DNA from: Clostridia bacterium
GTDB taxonomy: Bacteria > Bacillota > Clostridia > TANB77 > CAG-508
Length of the DNA stretch: 64,000 nucleotides
NCBI GenBank assembly: GCA_017404025.1
Contig: JAFRDD010000038.1
Span: 413-64,412, forward strand
Direction of reading: 5' to 3'
Shown: positions 19,804-29,863 of the stretch, piece after piece
How positions within the stretch are numbered: position 1 is the stretch's first letter
Layout: the number at the start of each line of letters is the position of its first letter
The notes under the pieces: model-generated
The model's input: the letters and a program-made list of their open reading frames with translations, nothing else
What the model was told of the DNA's origin: nothing
Database searches by the model: none
Program-made: the position numbers and the translations under genes

Positions 19804-20625
19804 CTAATCATGAATTATTTTATCAATTATTGAAAATAAAATAAATAATACCAAATTTACTATTACAATCATAGCACCTGTACTTATATTATATAAATAT
19901 GCTAAATATATTCCAATCAAAAATGACACTATACTAATTATACCAGAACTTACTACTACTTTTTTAAAATTTTTAAATATTCTCATTGATGAAATTGCTG
20001 GAAAAATTATTATGCTACTTATAAGCATAACTCCCATCATTCTCATTCCAATTACAATTATTAATGCTGTTAAAACAGCAATTATATTAGTATACCTATT
20101 AGCTTTAAGACCACTGGCTTTAGCAAAATTTTCGTCAAATGTTACCACAAACAATTTTCTATAATATACAATAAATAATATTATAATTATTATGCTTGAT
20201 ATTACACTTAAAATAACATCTCCTTGGCTCATTGCTAGAATACTTCCAAACATAAAATTACATACATCAGTATTCATTCCCGTTGTAAGTGAAGTAACTG
20301 CTACTCCTATTGCTAATGCCGAACTAGAAATTAAAGCAATACTACTATCACTTTTTATTTTTCCATTATTTCCTATTTTTAACAATATAATTGCTGACAA
20401 AGCAACACATGGTATAGCTATATATAATGGTGATGTCGCGCCAAATGCAGTTGCAATTGTTAATACTCCAAAACCAACATGTGAAAGTCCATCACCTATC
20501 ATGCTATATCTTTTTAAAACTAAATTAACACCCAAAAGTGCTGCACATAAGCTAATTAATACTCCTACTAATATAGCCCTTTGTATAAAAACATGAGACA
20601 TCATCTCTATTACTGTTTGTATCAT
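19804..20625 (-). CDS. znuB: Zinc/manganese ABC transporter permease
   Basis: 273 aa polytopic ABC-3 family permease. Overlaps the ATPase stop (ATGA). Confidence 0.85.
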   Translation of the reverse strand: MIQTVIEMMSHVFIQRAILVGVLISLCAALLGVNLVLKRYSMIGDGLSHVGFGVLTIATAFGATSPLYIAIPCVALSAIILLKIGNNGKIKSDSSIALISSSALAIGVAVTSLTTGMNTDVCNFMFGSILAMSQGDVILSVISSIIIIILFIVYYRKLFVVTFDENFAKASGLKANRYTNIIAVLTALIIVIGMRMMGVMLISSIIIFPAISSMRIFKNFKKVVVSSGIISIVSFLIGIYLAYLYNISTGAMIVIVNLVLFILFSIIDKIIHD

Positions 20626-21296
20626 TATTTTGCACCTCCTAATTTATAGTTAGCAGGTATTCCGTCAAATGTTATTTCTCCATTTATTAATTCAATAACT
20701 TTATCCGCATAATTTAAAGCTCTATCTATATCATGTGAAACCATCAAAATTGTAATATCTTCCTCTTTTTTTAATTTGTCTAATAATTCATAAATTTGTT
20801 TAGCTATATTAGGATCTAATCCATTAGTTGGCTCATCTAGTACTATTAAACTTTTCGTTGCACACAAACTTCTTGCAATTAAAACTCTTTGTTGTTGACC
20901 ACCAGATAAGTCTGCAAAGCATTTTTTTCTTATATCATAAATTCCTAGTTTTTTCATTGTATTTTTTGCTCGTTCTTTATCTTCTTTTTTATAAAATATA
21001 CTTCTTGGATTATTTGATATTGTACCAGATAATACCACTTCTTCTATACTAGCCGGAAAATTAGTCTGGATTTCAGTTTTTTGTGGCAAATATCCTATAT
21101 GCTCTTCTTTTATAATTTCTCCTGTATATCCTTTATTAAGTCCCAAAATACATTTTATTAAAGAACTTTTTCCTGAACCATTTTCTCCTACTATTGTAAC
21201 AAAATTTCCTTTTTTTACATTTAAACTAATATGTTTTAATGTTCCTTTCTCTCCAGAATAACTAAAACATAAATCTTTTACTTGAATTAGATCCAT
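20625..21296 (-). CDS. znuC: Zinc ABC transporter ATP-binding protein
   Basis: 223 aa. Walker A GENGSGKSS, signature LSGGQQQR, Walker B LIVLDEP. Confidence 0.88.
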   Translation of the reverse strand: MDLIQVKDLCFSYSGEKGTLKHISLNVKKGNFVTIVGENGSGKSSLIKCILGLNKGYTGEIIKEEHIGYLPQKTEIQTNFPASIEEVVLSGTISNNPRSIFYKKEDKERAKNTMKKLGIYDIRKKCFADLSGGQQQRVLIARSLCATKSLIVLDEPTNGLDPNIAKQIYELLDKLKKEEDITILMVSHDIDRALNYADKVIELINGEITFDGIPANYKLGGAK

Positions 21297-21312
21297 TTTT
21301 ATTCCCTTCTTT

Positions 21313-22281
21313 TTATTGTAATGCTTTTTTCAAAACTTCTAAATTTCTATTCATTAAACTTATCCATGTTTCTTTTTTATTAAAATCATCTAAACTCACA
21401 TTATGAAGAGTTTGAATTTGCATTGCTTCTGTTCCATTACCTATTTCATTTGCCATTGTTCTTGCAACTTTCCCATTATTTAATTCAATATATAAAACTA
21501 CAGGTATTTTTTCTTCTTTTACTTTATTCTCTAAATAAGCAATTGTTTTTGCAGATGGTTCAACCTCTGTACTACATCCTAAGAAAGCACTACTAACCTT
21601 TAATTTATAATAATTAATAAAATATTGCATAGGCATTTTATCTGCGAATACTAATCTATCTCTTTTTTTATTATTTACTATTTCTTGAATTTTTCCATCT
21701 ACTTCTTTGATTTTTGCTATATAATTTTGTGCATTTGCTTTATACAGTTCAGCTTTATTATTATCTAACTCTTCCATTGCTGTATCTAAAGTTCTGACCA
21801 TTTTAATTGCATTTTCAGGAGAAGTCCAAATATGTTCATCAAATGCACCTTCTTCTTCTTCTTCCTCCTCTTCAGTTTCTGCTCCATCAATTTCTTCTTC
21901 ATCCTGTTTTTCTACATAATCAGCTATGCATATTATCTTATTTTTATCTTTATCTAATGATTCTAATACTTTATCTGACCATTTTTCCATTTCTCCGCCT
22001 ACATAAACAAATAAATCTGCATTTTGTATTTTTACTAAATCACTCGCTGTTGGTTCATAACTATGTGAATCTTTTCCTGGTCCTAATAAAAATGTTAATT
22101 CTACATCGTCATTTTCACCTATAATAGCCCTTAAAAAATCATAACTTGCAAAATTACTTGCAACTACTTGTAATTTATTAGAATTTTGTTTTCTATCTTC
22201 ACTAACTTTAAATATAGCAAATGCTATTGCAAAAACAATTGCTACTGCCAAAATACTTAATATTATTTTCTTTATATTCAT
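21313..22281 (-). CDS. znuA: Zinc ABC transporter substrate-binding protein with an acidic loop
   Basis: 322 aa. ZnuA/AdcA cluster-9 fold (HSYEPTASD, FDEHIW). Poly-Glu loop DGAETEEEEEEEEGAFDEH typical of zinc-specific members. Confidence 0.85.
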   Translation of the reverse strand: MNIKKIILSILAVAIVFAIAFAIFKVSEDRKQNSNKLQVVASNFASYDFLRAIIGENDDVELTFLLGPGKDSHSYEPTASDLVKIQNADLFVYVGGEMEKWSDKVLESLDKDKNKIICIADYVEKQDEEEIDGAETEEEEEEEEGAFDEHIWTSPENAIKMVRTLDTAMEELDNNKAELYKANAQNYIAKIKEVDGKIQEIVNNKKRDRLVFADKMPMQYFINYYKLKVSSAFLGCSTEVEPSAKTIAYLENKVKEEKIPVVLYIELNNGKVARTMANEIGNGTEAMQIQTLHNVSLDDFNKKETWISLMNRNLEVLKKALQ

Positions 22282-22326
22282 TTTTATCCTCCTAATTTTT
22301 CTATATATATTAATTTAATTTTTTGC

Positions 22327-22644
22327 TTATATATTTAACTGTATCTTAGTATTGATTAATGTAATAGTTTTACAAATCCTAGTAAATGATTTTAATATTA
22401 TATTTCTATTTAAAGCACATAGTAGTGGAATTGTTAACATTATTACTATTGTGTTTGCACTTTGAAATTGACAAATACGAATAATTTCACAGTACACGCA
22501 CTTATCTTTATGACAATGCAATATATGTTCAATGTCAGATGATATTACAACATTTAAAATACTTGCTACACAAAAAAATAAAATTATACTAAATATAATT
22601 ATTTTTACAATTCTAATTTTATTTAATTTGTAATAATTAAGCAT
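22327..22644 (-). CDS. Hypothetical small membrane protein with a His/Cys cluster (in the zur operon)
   Basis: 105 aa, two predicted TM helices, HCHKDKCVYCEIIRIC motif. Sits between zur and znuA. Confidence 0.5.
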   Translation of the reverse strand: MLNYYKLNKIRIVKIIIFSIILFFCVASILNVVISSDIEHILHCHKDKCVYCEIIRICQFQSANTIVIMLTIPLLCALNRNIILKSFTRICKTITLINTKIQLNI

Positions 22645-22662
22645 TAACGTTTTCCCCTTTCT

Positions 22663-23061
22663 TTAATTATTGCAGCTGTCACAAATTCCATATAAAACTA
22701 TGTGACTTGGATTTAATTTTATATTATACTCTCTATTTAGTTTCTCTTCCATTTCAGTCACATCATAATTATTTAAGTGTAACGTTCTTCCACATTTTTC
22801 ACATTTAAAATGTAAATGTTCTTTACACTCTTCATTTTTTATATATTGATAGCAACTTGATGTATTATTATCTATATAATATTTTCTAACAATTCCTTCA
22901 TTAACCAATTGTTTTAAATATCTATATACTGTAGTTTGACTGCACTTTTTATTTTTCTTTATGATATAATTAACTATCATGTCTGCTGTTAAATCTGTAT
23001 TACTATTTTGTTTAAGATAATTTAGTATTATTTCTTTTTGCTTTGTTTTATATCCTTCCAT
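22663..23061 (-). CDS. zur: Fur-family metalloregulator, probable Zur
   Basis: 132 aa. Winged-helix TVYRYLKQLVNEGIV. CxxC pairs CEKCG and CDSC. First gene of the znu operon. Confidence 0.8.
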   Translation of the reverse strand: MEGYKTKQKEIILNYLKQNSNTDLTADMIVNYIIKKNKKCSQTTVYRYLKQLVNEGIVRKYYIDNNTSSCYQYIKNEECKEHLHFKCEKCGRTLHLNNYDVTEMEEKLNREYNIKLNPSHIVLYGICDSCNN

Positions 23062-23076
23062 TTTCTTTCTCCTTTT

Positions 23077-23091
23077 TGAAAATGATTTTCA
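23077..23091. promoter_or_regulatory. Fur-family 7-1-7 operator (probable Zur box)
   Basis: Perfect inverted repeat TGAAAAT-G-ATTTTCA between the predicted -10 and the zur RBS. Confidence 0.6.
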
Positions 23092-23098
23092 TTTTTAT

Positions 23099-23126
23099 AT
23101 TATAACATATTTTTTCATAAAATCAA
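23099..23126 (-). promoter_or_regulatory. Candidate sigma-A promoter of the zur-znu operon
   Basis: Minus strand TTGATT (23126-23121), 16 nt, TATAAT (23104-23099). The operator starts 8 nt downstream. Confidence 0.5.
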
Positions 23127-23235
23127 GTATTAATTACTATTTTTTGGTACATTCATCTGCTCTCACTTGACTTTTTTACATTATTATAGTATTTTACATA
23201 TATAGATATATATTTTAAAAATAAAGGAGTTACGT

Positions 23236-25446
23236 ATGAAAACAAAAAAAATTCTTTTGCTTTTAGTAGTACCTATTTTACTAATTATTGGTAAAATTGT
23301 CCTAAAAGCTGATTTTATTTATTTTTTTAAATTTTGGTCTAGCCTTTTTGTAATTGGATTAATTTTCTATCCACTTACTTCTTGTATTTTTAATAAATTT
23401 AATGACAAAGGATGGATCTTTTCAAAAATTATAGGTATAGCCCTATCTAGTTGGCTACTATGGTTTTTATCATATTTAAAAATATTAAAATTTACTGCAA
23501 TAAATTCATATATAATTATTGCACTATTCTTAATTTTAAATTTGGTGTTACTAGTAAAAAAATTAAAGAAACAAAAAAATTCAAAAGGCAATTATAAAAT
23601 ATTAGATGAAAAAGTTTTATATTATATAATACTTATAGAAAGCTTATTTATGGTTGCATTCATTTTTTGGACTTATGCTAAAGGATTTGCTTCTTTAGTT
23701 ACAAATACCACAGAGCAATTTATGGACTTTGGATTTATAAATTCTATTATGCTTTCTGAATATATGCCTCCACAAGACCTTTGGCTTTCAGGACATAGCA
23801 TTAATTACTACTATTTTGGTCAATATGTTTCTGCTTATATATGCAAACTAACTAATATAAATGCAAGTGAAGGATATTTTTTAATAAATGCATTACTTGG
23901 AGCTTTATCTTTTATAATGCCATTTTCAATTGGTCTAAATTTACTAAAAGTTTGTTTTAGGAAAAAATTCAAATGTCTAAACAAAATTTTACCAATTGTT
24001 CTTGCTCTTTTTATTGGAATTGGAACTTCTTTAGGAGGTACATTACATTATCCAATATATAAATGGTTTTCTAAAGACAAAGCAAATTATTTCTTTGCAG
24101 ATGAAACAAGATATATTGGTGAAAAACCATCAACTAATGATAAAGCTGTTACAGAGCTCCCAGCTTATTCTACTCTTTTAGGAGATTTGCATGCACATTA
24201 TATTGATATAATATTCGTATTTACTACACTCGCACTACTTTTACAATACTTTTTAAACCGTAAAAAATATACTGTAAAAAGCCAACTTTTAAATTTAAAT
24301 ATAATATTAATTGGATTTATGCTAGGAATTCAAAAAATGACTAATTACTGGGATTTTCCAATATATTTAGTAATAATTTCTGCAGTTATAATAACCAAAA
24401 ATCTTATTTGTGGCAAATTTAATTTAAAAGAACTATTAAAAACAGGATTATCTTTAGTTGAAATTGTTCTATTAGAAGAATCTGTTTCGCTCCTTTTCAA
24501 CTTAGATTTAGAAATTGCAAGTACACACGTATTCTTTACAACCTATTCTTCTCCTGTATATAAATTAGCTGTATTATGGGGATTACAAGCTTTTTGCTTT
24601 ATTGCTTTTTTTGCATTATTATTAATACGATTTAAATTTAAAACTCCAAGCAGTTTAAAGAAATATTTTATTAGACATACCAGAGATATTTATATTATAA
24701 TTTTAGCTATTTGTGCATTAGGATTAGTATTTTTACCTGAACTAATATACTTAAAAGATATATATGGTGATGATTACCAAAGATTTAATACTATGTTCAA
24801 ACTTACTTATCAATCTTATATATTATTAAGTATTTCAACAAACTATATAATTTTTAAATTATTACTAGATAAATCTAGAGCAATAAAATGTTTAGGTACG
24901 ATTTTATTAGTAGCTAATACGAGTACATTTGATTATGGAATAAATGCTTTAAAACAATTTTATTTTACTAATCAATATAGAAGTATATCTTCATCTGAAG
25001 AATTTATCCATACTGAATTACCTGAAGATTATGATGCTATACAATGGATTAAACAAAACATTGAATCTTCTAAAATAATATTAGAAGCAACTTCATCTTC
25101 AAGTAGCTATTCTACTTTCTCAAGAGTATCCGTTTTTACAGGAAACCCTACTGTTTTAGGTTGGATAACTCACGAATGGGTTTGGAGAATGAATAAAGAT
25201 TATTCTATCCCAGTTGAAGTTACTAATCGAAATACTGATATAACAAATATATATACAGCTACAAATTTAGAAAACGCCAAAAATATTATTAATAAATATA
25301 ACATAGATTATATTTATATAGGAAATAAGGAATATTCTGCTTATTCAAATATAAACCTTGACCTTTTATTTAAATTAGGTGAAATAGTATATCAATCAAA
25401 ACCTGGATCTACAACGCCTACATATATAATAAAAGTTAATCAATAA
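23236..25446 (+). CDS. DUF2298 (YYY-motif) polytopic membrane protein, putative GT-C-like glycosyltransferase
   Basis: 736 aa, many TM helices. TEQFMDFGFINSIMLSEYMPPQDLWLSGHSINYYYFGQY is the DUF2298 signature. RBS AAAGGAG. Confidence 0.65.
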   Translation: MKTKKILLLLVVPILLIIGKIVLKADFIYFFKFWSSLFVIGLIFYPLTSCIFNKFNDKGWIFSKIIGIALSSWLLWFLSYLKILKFTAINSYIIIALFLILNLVLLVKKLKKQKNSKGNYKILDEKVLYYIILIESLFMVAFIFWTYAKGFASLVTNTTEQFMDFGFINSIMLSEYMPPQDLWLSGHSINYYYFGQYVSAYICKLTNINASEGYFLINALLGALSFIMPFSIGLNLLKVCFRKKFKCLNKILPIVLALFIGIGTSLGGTLHYPIYKWFSKDKANYFFADETRYIGEKPSTNDKAVTELPAYSTLLGDLHAHYIDIIFVFTTLALLLQYFLNRKKYTVKSQLLNLNIILIGFMLGIQKMTNYWDFPIYLVIISAVIITKNLICGKFNLKELLKTGLSLVEIVLLEESVSLLFNLDLEIASTHVFFTTYSSPVYKLAVLWGLQAFCFIAFFALLLIRFKFKTPSSLKKYFIRHTRDIYIIILAICALGLVFLPELIYLKDIYGDDYQRFNTMFKLTYQSYILLSISTNYIIFKLLLDKSRAIKCLGTILLVANTSTFDYGINALKQFYFTNQYRSISSSEEFIHTELPEDYDAIQWIKQNIESSKIILEATSSSSSYSTFSRVSVFTGNPTVLGWITHEWVWRMNKDYSIPVEVTNRNTDITNIYTATNLENAKNIINKYNIDYIYIGNKEYSAYSNINLDLLFKLGEIVYQSKPGSTTPTYIIKVNQ

Positions 25447-25496
25447 TATCCTTGACCTTTTATTATTGTTTTAGTATAATTTATTTGGTGATTTTA

Positions 25497-26270
25497 ATGA
25501 GAAGTAAACATTCAGAAGGAAAAAATTTAAAATTTTCACATTTCATTTTATGGCTTTTTAGGCTAGTATGTATAGGAATTATGTGTTATTCTGGATTCAA
25601 AATATATACATGGCATAAAGAAAATGTTGAAAATGATAAATTAAAAAATAGCTTTCAAAATACAATAACTGAAGAAAAAGTAATTGTAGATGGCAGAAAT
25701 GCCTATAAATTAAATATAGATTTTGAAGAATTATTGAAAAGAAATTCAGAAACTGTAGGATGGATAAAAGTAAATAATACAAATATCGATTATCCAATTG
25801 TTAGGCATAATGATAATGAATATTATTTAACGCACAACTTTGAAAATTCATACAACTCTTCTGGTTGGATTTTCTTAGATTACAGAAATAATAGTGAAAT
25901 TTTAGATAAAAATACTATTATATATGGTCATAATAGGTTAAATGATAGTATGTTTGGAACTTTAAAAAATGCATTAGATAGTTCTTGGTGTGATAATTAC
26001 GAAAACAGATATATTAGTTTTTCAACTACTACAAATAACTATGTAGCACAAATATTTTCAATTTATAAAATTGATGTAAATACTTTATCTGTTCCTAATA
26101 ATTTTAAAGATAATGAAGATTACAATAAATATTTAGAAGATATAACTTCAAAAAGTTATTATAATTTTGAAACTACTGTAGATACTTCAAATAATATTTT
26201 AACTCTTTATACATGTGGCGATAATAGTAATTATAGAGTTATAGTTCATGCAAAAATTTTAGATATATAA
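25497..26270 (+). CDS. srtB: Class B-like sortase
   Basis: N-terminal TM. VGWIKVNNTNIDYPIVRHNDNEYYLTHNF, IIYGHNRLNDSMFG (catalytic His), LTLYTCGD (catalytic Cys). ATG at 25497 preferred to the TTG at 25452. Confidence 0.8.
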   Translation: MRSKHSEGKNLKFSHFILWLFRLVCIGIMCYSGFKIYTWHKENVENDKLKNSFQNTITEEKVIVDGRNAYKLNIDFEELLKRNSETVGWIKVNNTNIDYPIVRHNDNEYYLTHNFENSYNSSGWIFLDYRNNSEILDKNTIIYGHNRLNDSMFGTLKNALDSSWCDNYENRYISFSTTTNNYVAQIFSIYKIDVNTLSVPNNFKDNEDYNKYLEDITSKSYYNFETTVDTSNNILTLYTCGDNSNYRVIVHAKILDI

Positions 26271-26290
26271 ATATAAAAAACCTTTCTTTA

Positions 26291-27151
26291 TTAGAAAGGC
26301 TTTTTATATTTATTTTTATTTTCTCCCTCTGCTATATTCAATTTCTTTTTGCTTTCTACATAATTTCCTACAATTATAAGTATTATTCCTAATGCAAATA
26401 ATATAATTCCCTGTATATTTAAACTACCTACCGTTTCTTGTAATATTAGTTTTAATACTTCACTTATAGAATCGTTTAATAAATAGAAATTATTAATATC
26501 TATATTTATATTAATAAGTGCTTTTATTATAAAAAACACTATACCTAAACACGCACTTGCCATTCCACTTATAGAAATTATAAAATTATAATTTCTTTTA
26601 CATAGTATAAAAAATATAAATATTGAAATTACAATAATAATTATCCCTATTCCAGTTATTTTGTTTACTAAATTTTTTGCATTTATCATTTTCGTATAAA
26701 TGTTTGTTCTCTGATTTCCATATTCACTAATATTATTTTTATATTGCTCTATTATTAAATCTTCAAATTTTGATATTGACGATTTATCTTGAATATTTAA
26801 ATTATTTTCTTCTAAATATTTTTCTATATTTTTATCTATTTGGGATTTTATAGTTTCTGTTTCTATTATATTATTTGTTCCTCTATAGAAATTATCTAAT
26901 ATTAATTTTGTATCTGTCTTTATTTTTTCTATTGTTATTATGTCTTGAACAACATATTCTTCCAATCCTGATTGCATTGTATAATTAGTAAAATTCTCAT
27001 TTATTGTTTCATATATTTTTTGATAATAATTTGCTTTATCAATTTTTTTTAAAATATAATCTTCTGAAAATATTGTATTTGTTATAGTTAATGAAATATA
27101 TGTAATAACAAAACCTATTATTAACAAAAAAGCTATTATATATCTTTTCAT
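26291..27151 (-). CDS. Hypothetical membrane protein, third gene of the sortase operon
   Basis: N-terminal TM, about 150-aa extracytoplasmic helical region, 3 C-terminal TMs. Start moved to MKRYII (RBS GGACAGGAGG), directly after the sortase stop. Confidence 0.6.
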   Translation of the reverse strand: MKRYIIAFLLIIGFVITYISLTITNTIFSEDYILKKIDKANYYQKIYETINENFTNYTMQSGLEEYVVQDIITIEKIKTDTKLILDNFYRGTNNIIETETIKSQIDKNIEKYLEENNLNIQDKSSISKFEDLIIEQYKNNISEYGNQRTNIYTKMINAKNLVNKITGIGIIIIVISIFIFFILCKRNYNFIISISGMASACLGIVFFIIKALININIDINNFYLLNDSISEVLKLILQETVGSLNIQGIILFALGIILIIVGNYVESKKKLNIAEGENKNKYKKPF

Positions 27152-27152
27152 T

Positions 27153-27800
27153 TTAACCAACCTCCTGTCCAATTGGTTTTGCAAATACTACATATCTTTT
27201 AGTTGTATATCCTACATTATTAAAAGGATAACATGTATATATCATAAAAATTTCTTCATCTTTTTGCAAAGGTAATTTATCCTTTTCTGTCTCTTTTACA
27301 ATTTGCATATCATAAATTTTATAATTAAATTCTCCATAATCTGTTGTAACTTTTATAATGTCTCCATTTTGTAATTTGCCAAAATTTCTAAGCATTGTTT
27401 GATAGTTATGCCCCATACAAATTATAGAGCCACCTTCTCCAGGAAACCAACTTGCAGTTGATTGTCCTATACCTTTTTTTAGTATATCTAATGAATCCCC
27501 ATAATACAATGGAAGATTTACTCCTATAGAGTCTATTTCTACAGTTGCATATTTAGTTCCATATTCAGGATATTCTATTAATTTATTTTTTTGAACATCT
27601 AATTTTAAATCAATGTTATTGGTTTCATTTTTACTGGTTCTAACAATTGAATATGTATTTAATAATAATTCAAGTGAATTAATGTAATCTCTTCCTAATA
27701 GAATTATTCCTAAATACATGATTAATAAAATTAAGAAAACAGCTATTATATCACTAATAGCCGTTTTTATTGTTCTTTTAATTATTTGTTTATTAAGCAT
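27153..27800 (-). CDS. Sortase-family transpeptidase
   Basis: 215 aa. N-terminal TM, GEGGSIICMGHNYQ (His), IFMIYTCYP (Cys), TTKRYVVFA (Arg). Overlaps the upstream substrate gene by 8 nt. Confidence 0.8.
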   Translation of the reverse strand: MLNKQIIKRTIKTAISDIIAVFLILLIMYLGIILLGRDYINSLELLLNTYSIVRTSKNETNNIDLKLDVQKNKLIEYPEYGTKYATVEIDSIGVNLPLYYGDSLDILKKGIGQSTASWFPGEGGSIICMGHNYQTMLRNFGKLQNGDIIKVTTDYGEFNYKIYDMQIVKETEKDKLPLQKDEEIFMIYTCYPFNNVGYTTKRYVVFAKPIGQEVG

Positions 27801-28308
27801 TTTTTCTTAATTTTGCAACTGCAAATACAGCTACAGCCATAGCACTTAATGAAACCATAACAACACTTAGTGTGTCTGAACCAGTATAAACTAACTTGTT
27901 AGAGCTAGATGTTAAAAATACATCAATTGTTTTTCCGTTTTTAGATACTGTAAATCCTTTATTATCTGAATGGAATGTTAATGTTAATCCAAGTTTTGTA
28001 GCAGCTTCTTGTGCTAATGCTTTTATTTTATTTACATCTTCAGTAGATAATTTTGTAACATCTTTTACACCTGCATTATCCATTATTTTGATACATTCAT
28101 CTGCTTTTCCTAATACGAATGTTTCTTGTTCTTCTGTTACTTCGTTACTGCTGAAATATTTTTCCATTCTATTTCTAAATTCTTGTGTAACTCCATAAGC
28201 TTTACCTTTTTCATAAATCTTATCAGCTAAGCTTGATGATGCAAATACAGTTGTAGACATTAACATTACTAATGCTACTATTGCTGTTAGTACAATACTC
28301 TTTTTCAT
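27793..28308 (-). CDS. Secreted protein with a non-canonical C-terminal sorting signal (LVYTG)
   Basis: Signal peptide MKKSIVLTAIVALVMLMSTTVFASS. C-terminus NKLVYTGSDTLSVVMVSLSAMAVAVFAVAKLRKNA (motif + hydrophobic helix + basic tail). Start at the ATG with RBS AAGGGAGG. Confidence 0.7.
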   Translation of the reverse strand: MKKSIVLTAIVALVMLMSTTVFASSSLADKIYEKGKAYGVTQEFRNRMEKYFSSNEVTEEQETFVLGKADECIKIMDNAGVKDVTKLSTEDVNKIKALAQEAATKLGLTLTFHSDNKGFTVSKNGKTIDVFLTSSSNKLVYTGSDTLSVVMVSLSAMAVAVFAVAKLRKNA

Positions 28309-28399
28309 TCTACTTCCTCCCTTATTATTTGAATATTCAAATTCTATCACATGCACTTATAAATTGCAAGTATTTTGAATTATTTTTATTAATATTATA

Positions 28400-28945
28400 T
28401 TATTCTATATTTTTTAATTTTGTCATAAATATTATTTCTTCTATAATATCTATTATTGAAGAACTTAGCATTAATATACCTATTGTTAAAATAATTATTC
28501 CAGAATTTACAGTTATATATATTCCACATCCAAGCATAATTATTGCTACTATTAATGTAAATATCCATAATTTGAAATTAATTTCTTTTAATTTTAAAGA
28601 TGCAATTATTCTTAAAATAGCACAATATATTATCCATATTCCAATTGCTACTCTTAGTATTGTTCCAATTGCACTACTACATATTATAACTATAATTCCT
28701 ATTGATATCAATAAAATACCATATACTAAATTGAATGTATTTGCTTCTCCTTCTTTTTTAGAATAAAAATAAATTGTTGTTTTCACTATACCTACAATAA
28801 TAAACATTGCTCCAAATACATAAAAAATAATGTTTGCAACTTCTTCTGGTTTCCATATTAAAAGTCCACCTAATATAGCTACTATCAATGATTCAATAAT
28901 TGATATCCATCCTGCTCTTTTAAATATCTTTTGTATATATTCCAT
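28400..28945 (-). CDS. HdeD/DUF308-family membrane protein
   Basis: 181 aa, six TM helices. WISIIESLIVAILGGLLIWKPEE is typical of DUF308 repeats. Confidence 0.6.
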   Translation of the reverse strand: MEYIQKIFKRAGWISIIESLIVAILGGLLIWKPEEVANIIFYVFGAMFIIVGIVKTTIYFYSKKEGEANTFNLVYGILLISIGIIVIICSSAIGTILRVAIGIWIIYCAILRIIASLKLKEINFKLWIFTLIVAIIMLGCGIYITVNSGIIILTIGILMLSSSIIDIIEEIIFMTKLKNIE

Positions 28946-29089
28946 TTTTCTCCCCCTTTTCTTTCTACTTCATAAATTATAACTTTAAGATAAAAATAAT
29001 GCAACTATTTTAAATTTGTTTTTTCCTAAATCTTCATTTGACATTTACTTTTTTTTAAGATAAACTTACCTTAGAGAGAGGTTTTATCT

Positions 29090-29845
29090 ATGGAAATAAG
29101 TATTGAAAATTCAATTTGCGAATTTAAAAAATATGTTAAAAATTTTGATTTTGAAAATAATAATATTTCTATGAAATATTATCACACTTTTAGAGTTGTA
29201 GATTATGCAAAAACTTTAGCAAAAAACAAAAATTTAAATCAACATGATAGTTATATTGCTTTTATTACTGCTCTTTTACATGATATTGCTAGATTTAAAC
29301 AAATTACTGAATATAATACTTTTGCAGATTTAAAATCTTTTGATCATGGTGACATGGGATACACAATATTAACTGAAAATGACTATATTTCAAATTATGT
29401 AAGTGATATTGCAGATAAATTTATTGTTCTAAAAGCAATTAAAAATCATAATAAATATTCAATTGAACCTTCTTTAAATGATAGGGAATTATTTTTTGCA
29501 AGACTTGTTAGAGATGCTGATAAATTAGATATTTTGGATACTCAAAAATTTGAAATTAAAGACAATGACTTTACTATAGACCCCATAACTATTGATTTTA
29601 TAAAACAACGCAAATTATTTATGCGTGATGGTATAACTCGTAATGATGCTAGTAGAATTATAATATCTATTTCTCTTGTTTTTGATATAAATTTTAAAAA
29701 GAGTTTTGAAATTATTTTAGAAAAGCAAATGCTTAAACGTAAATTTGATTGTTTAAAAAAACATTTTGATGTTAATCTTATTTCAGAGTTAGAAAATATT
29801 GTTTATTCATATATAAATAATAAATTAAGTAATTCAACAATATAA
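29090..29845 (+). CDS. HD-domain phosphohydrolase
   Basis: 251 aa. H..HD motif (YHTFRV ... LLHDIARF) and downstream D (VRDADKLD). Confidence 0.7.
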   Translation: MEISIENSICEFKKYVKNFDFENNNISMKYYHTFRVVDYAKTLAKNKNLNQHDSYIAFITALLHDIARFKQITEYNTFADLKSFDHGDMGYTILTENDYISNYVSDIADKFIVLKAIKNHNKYSIEPSLNDRELFFARLVRDADKLDILDTQKFEIKDNDFTIDPITIDFIKQRKLFMRDGITRNDASRIIISISLVFDINFKKSFEIILEKQMLKRKFDCLKKHFDVNLISELENIVYSYINNKLSNSTI

Positions 29846-29863
29846 AAATAGTATTGTTGAATT
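29831..29863. terminator. Bidirectional hairpin between the convergent HD and VanZ genes
   Basis: AATTCAACAATA / TATTGTTGAATT 12-bp stem with a 9-nt loop. Confidence 0.6.

Noticed and set aside
23077-23091. Possible relationship between the Zur box (TGAAAAT-G-ATTTTCA) and the TTTTCA...TGAAAA ends of the 29-bp repeat family
   Set aside because: The half-sites are in the opposite (outward versus inward) arrangement and the repeat has an unrelated GC core. The similarity is just A/T-rich hexamers.
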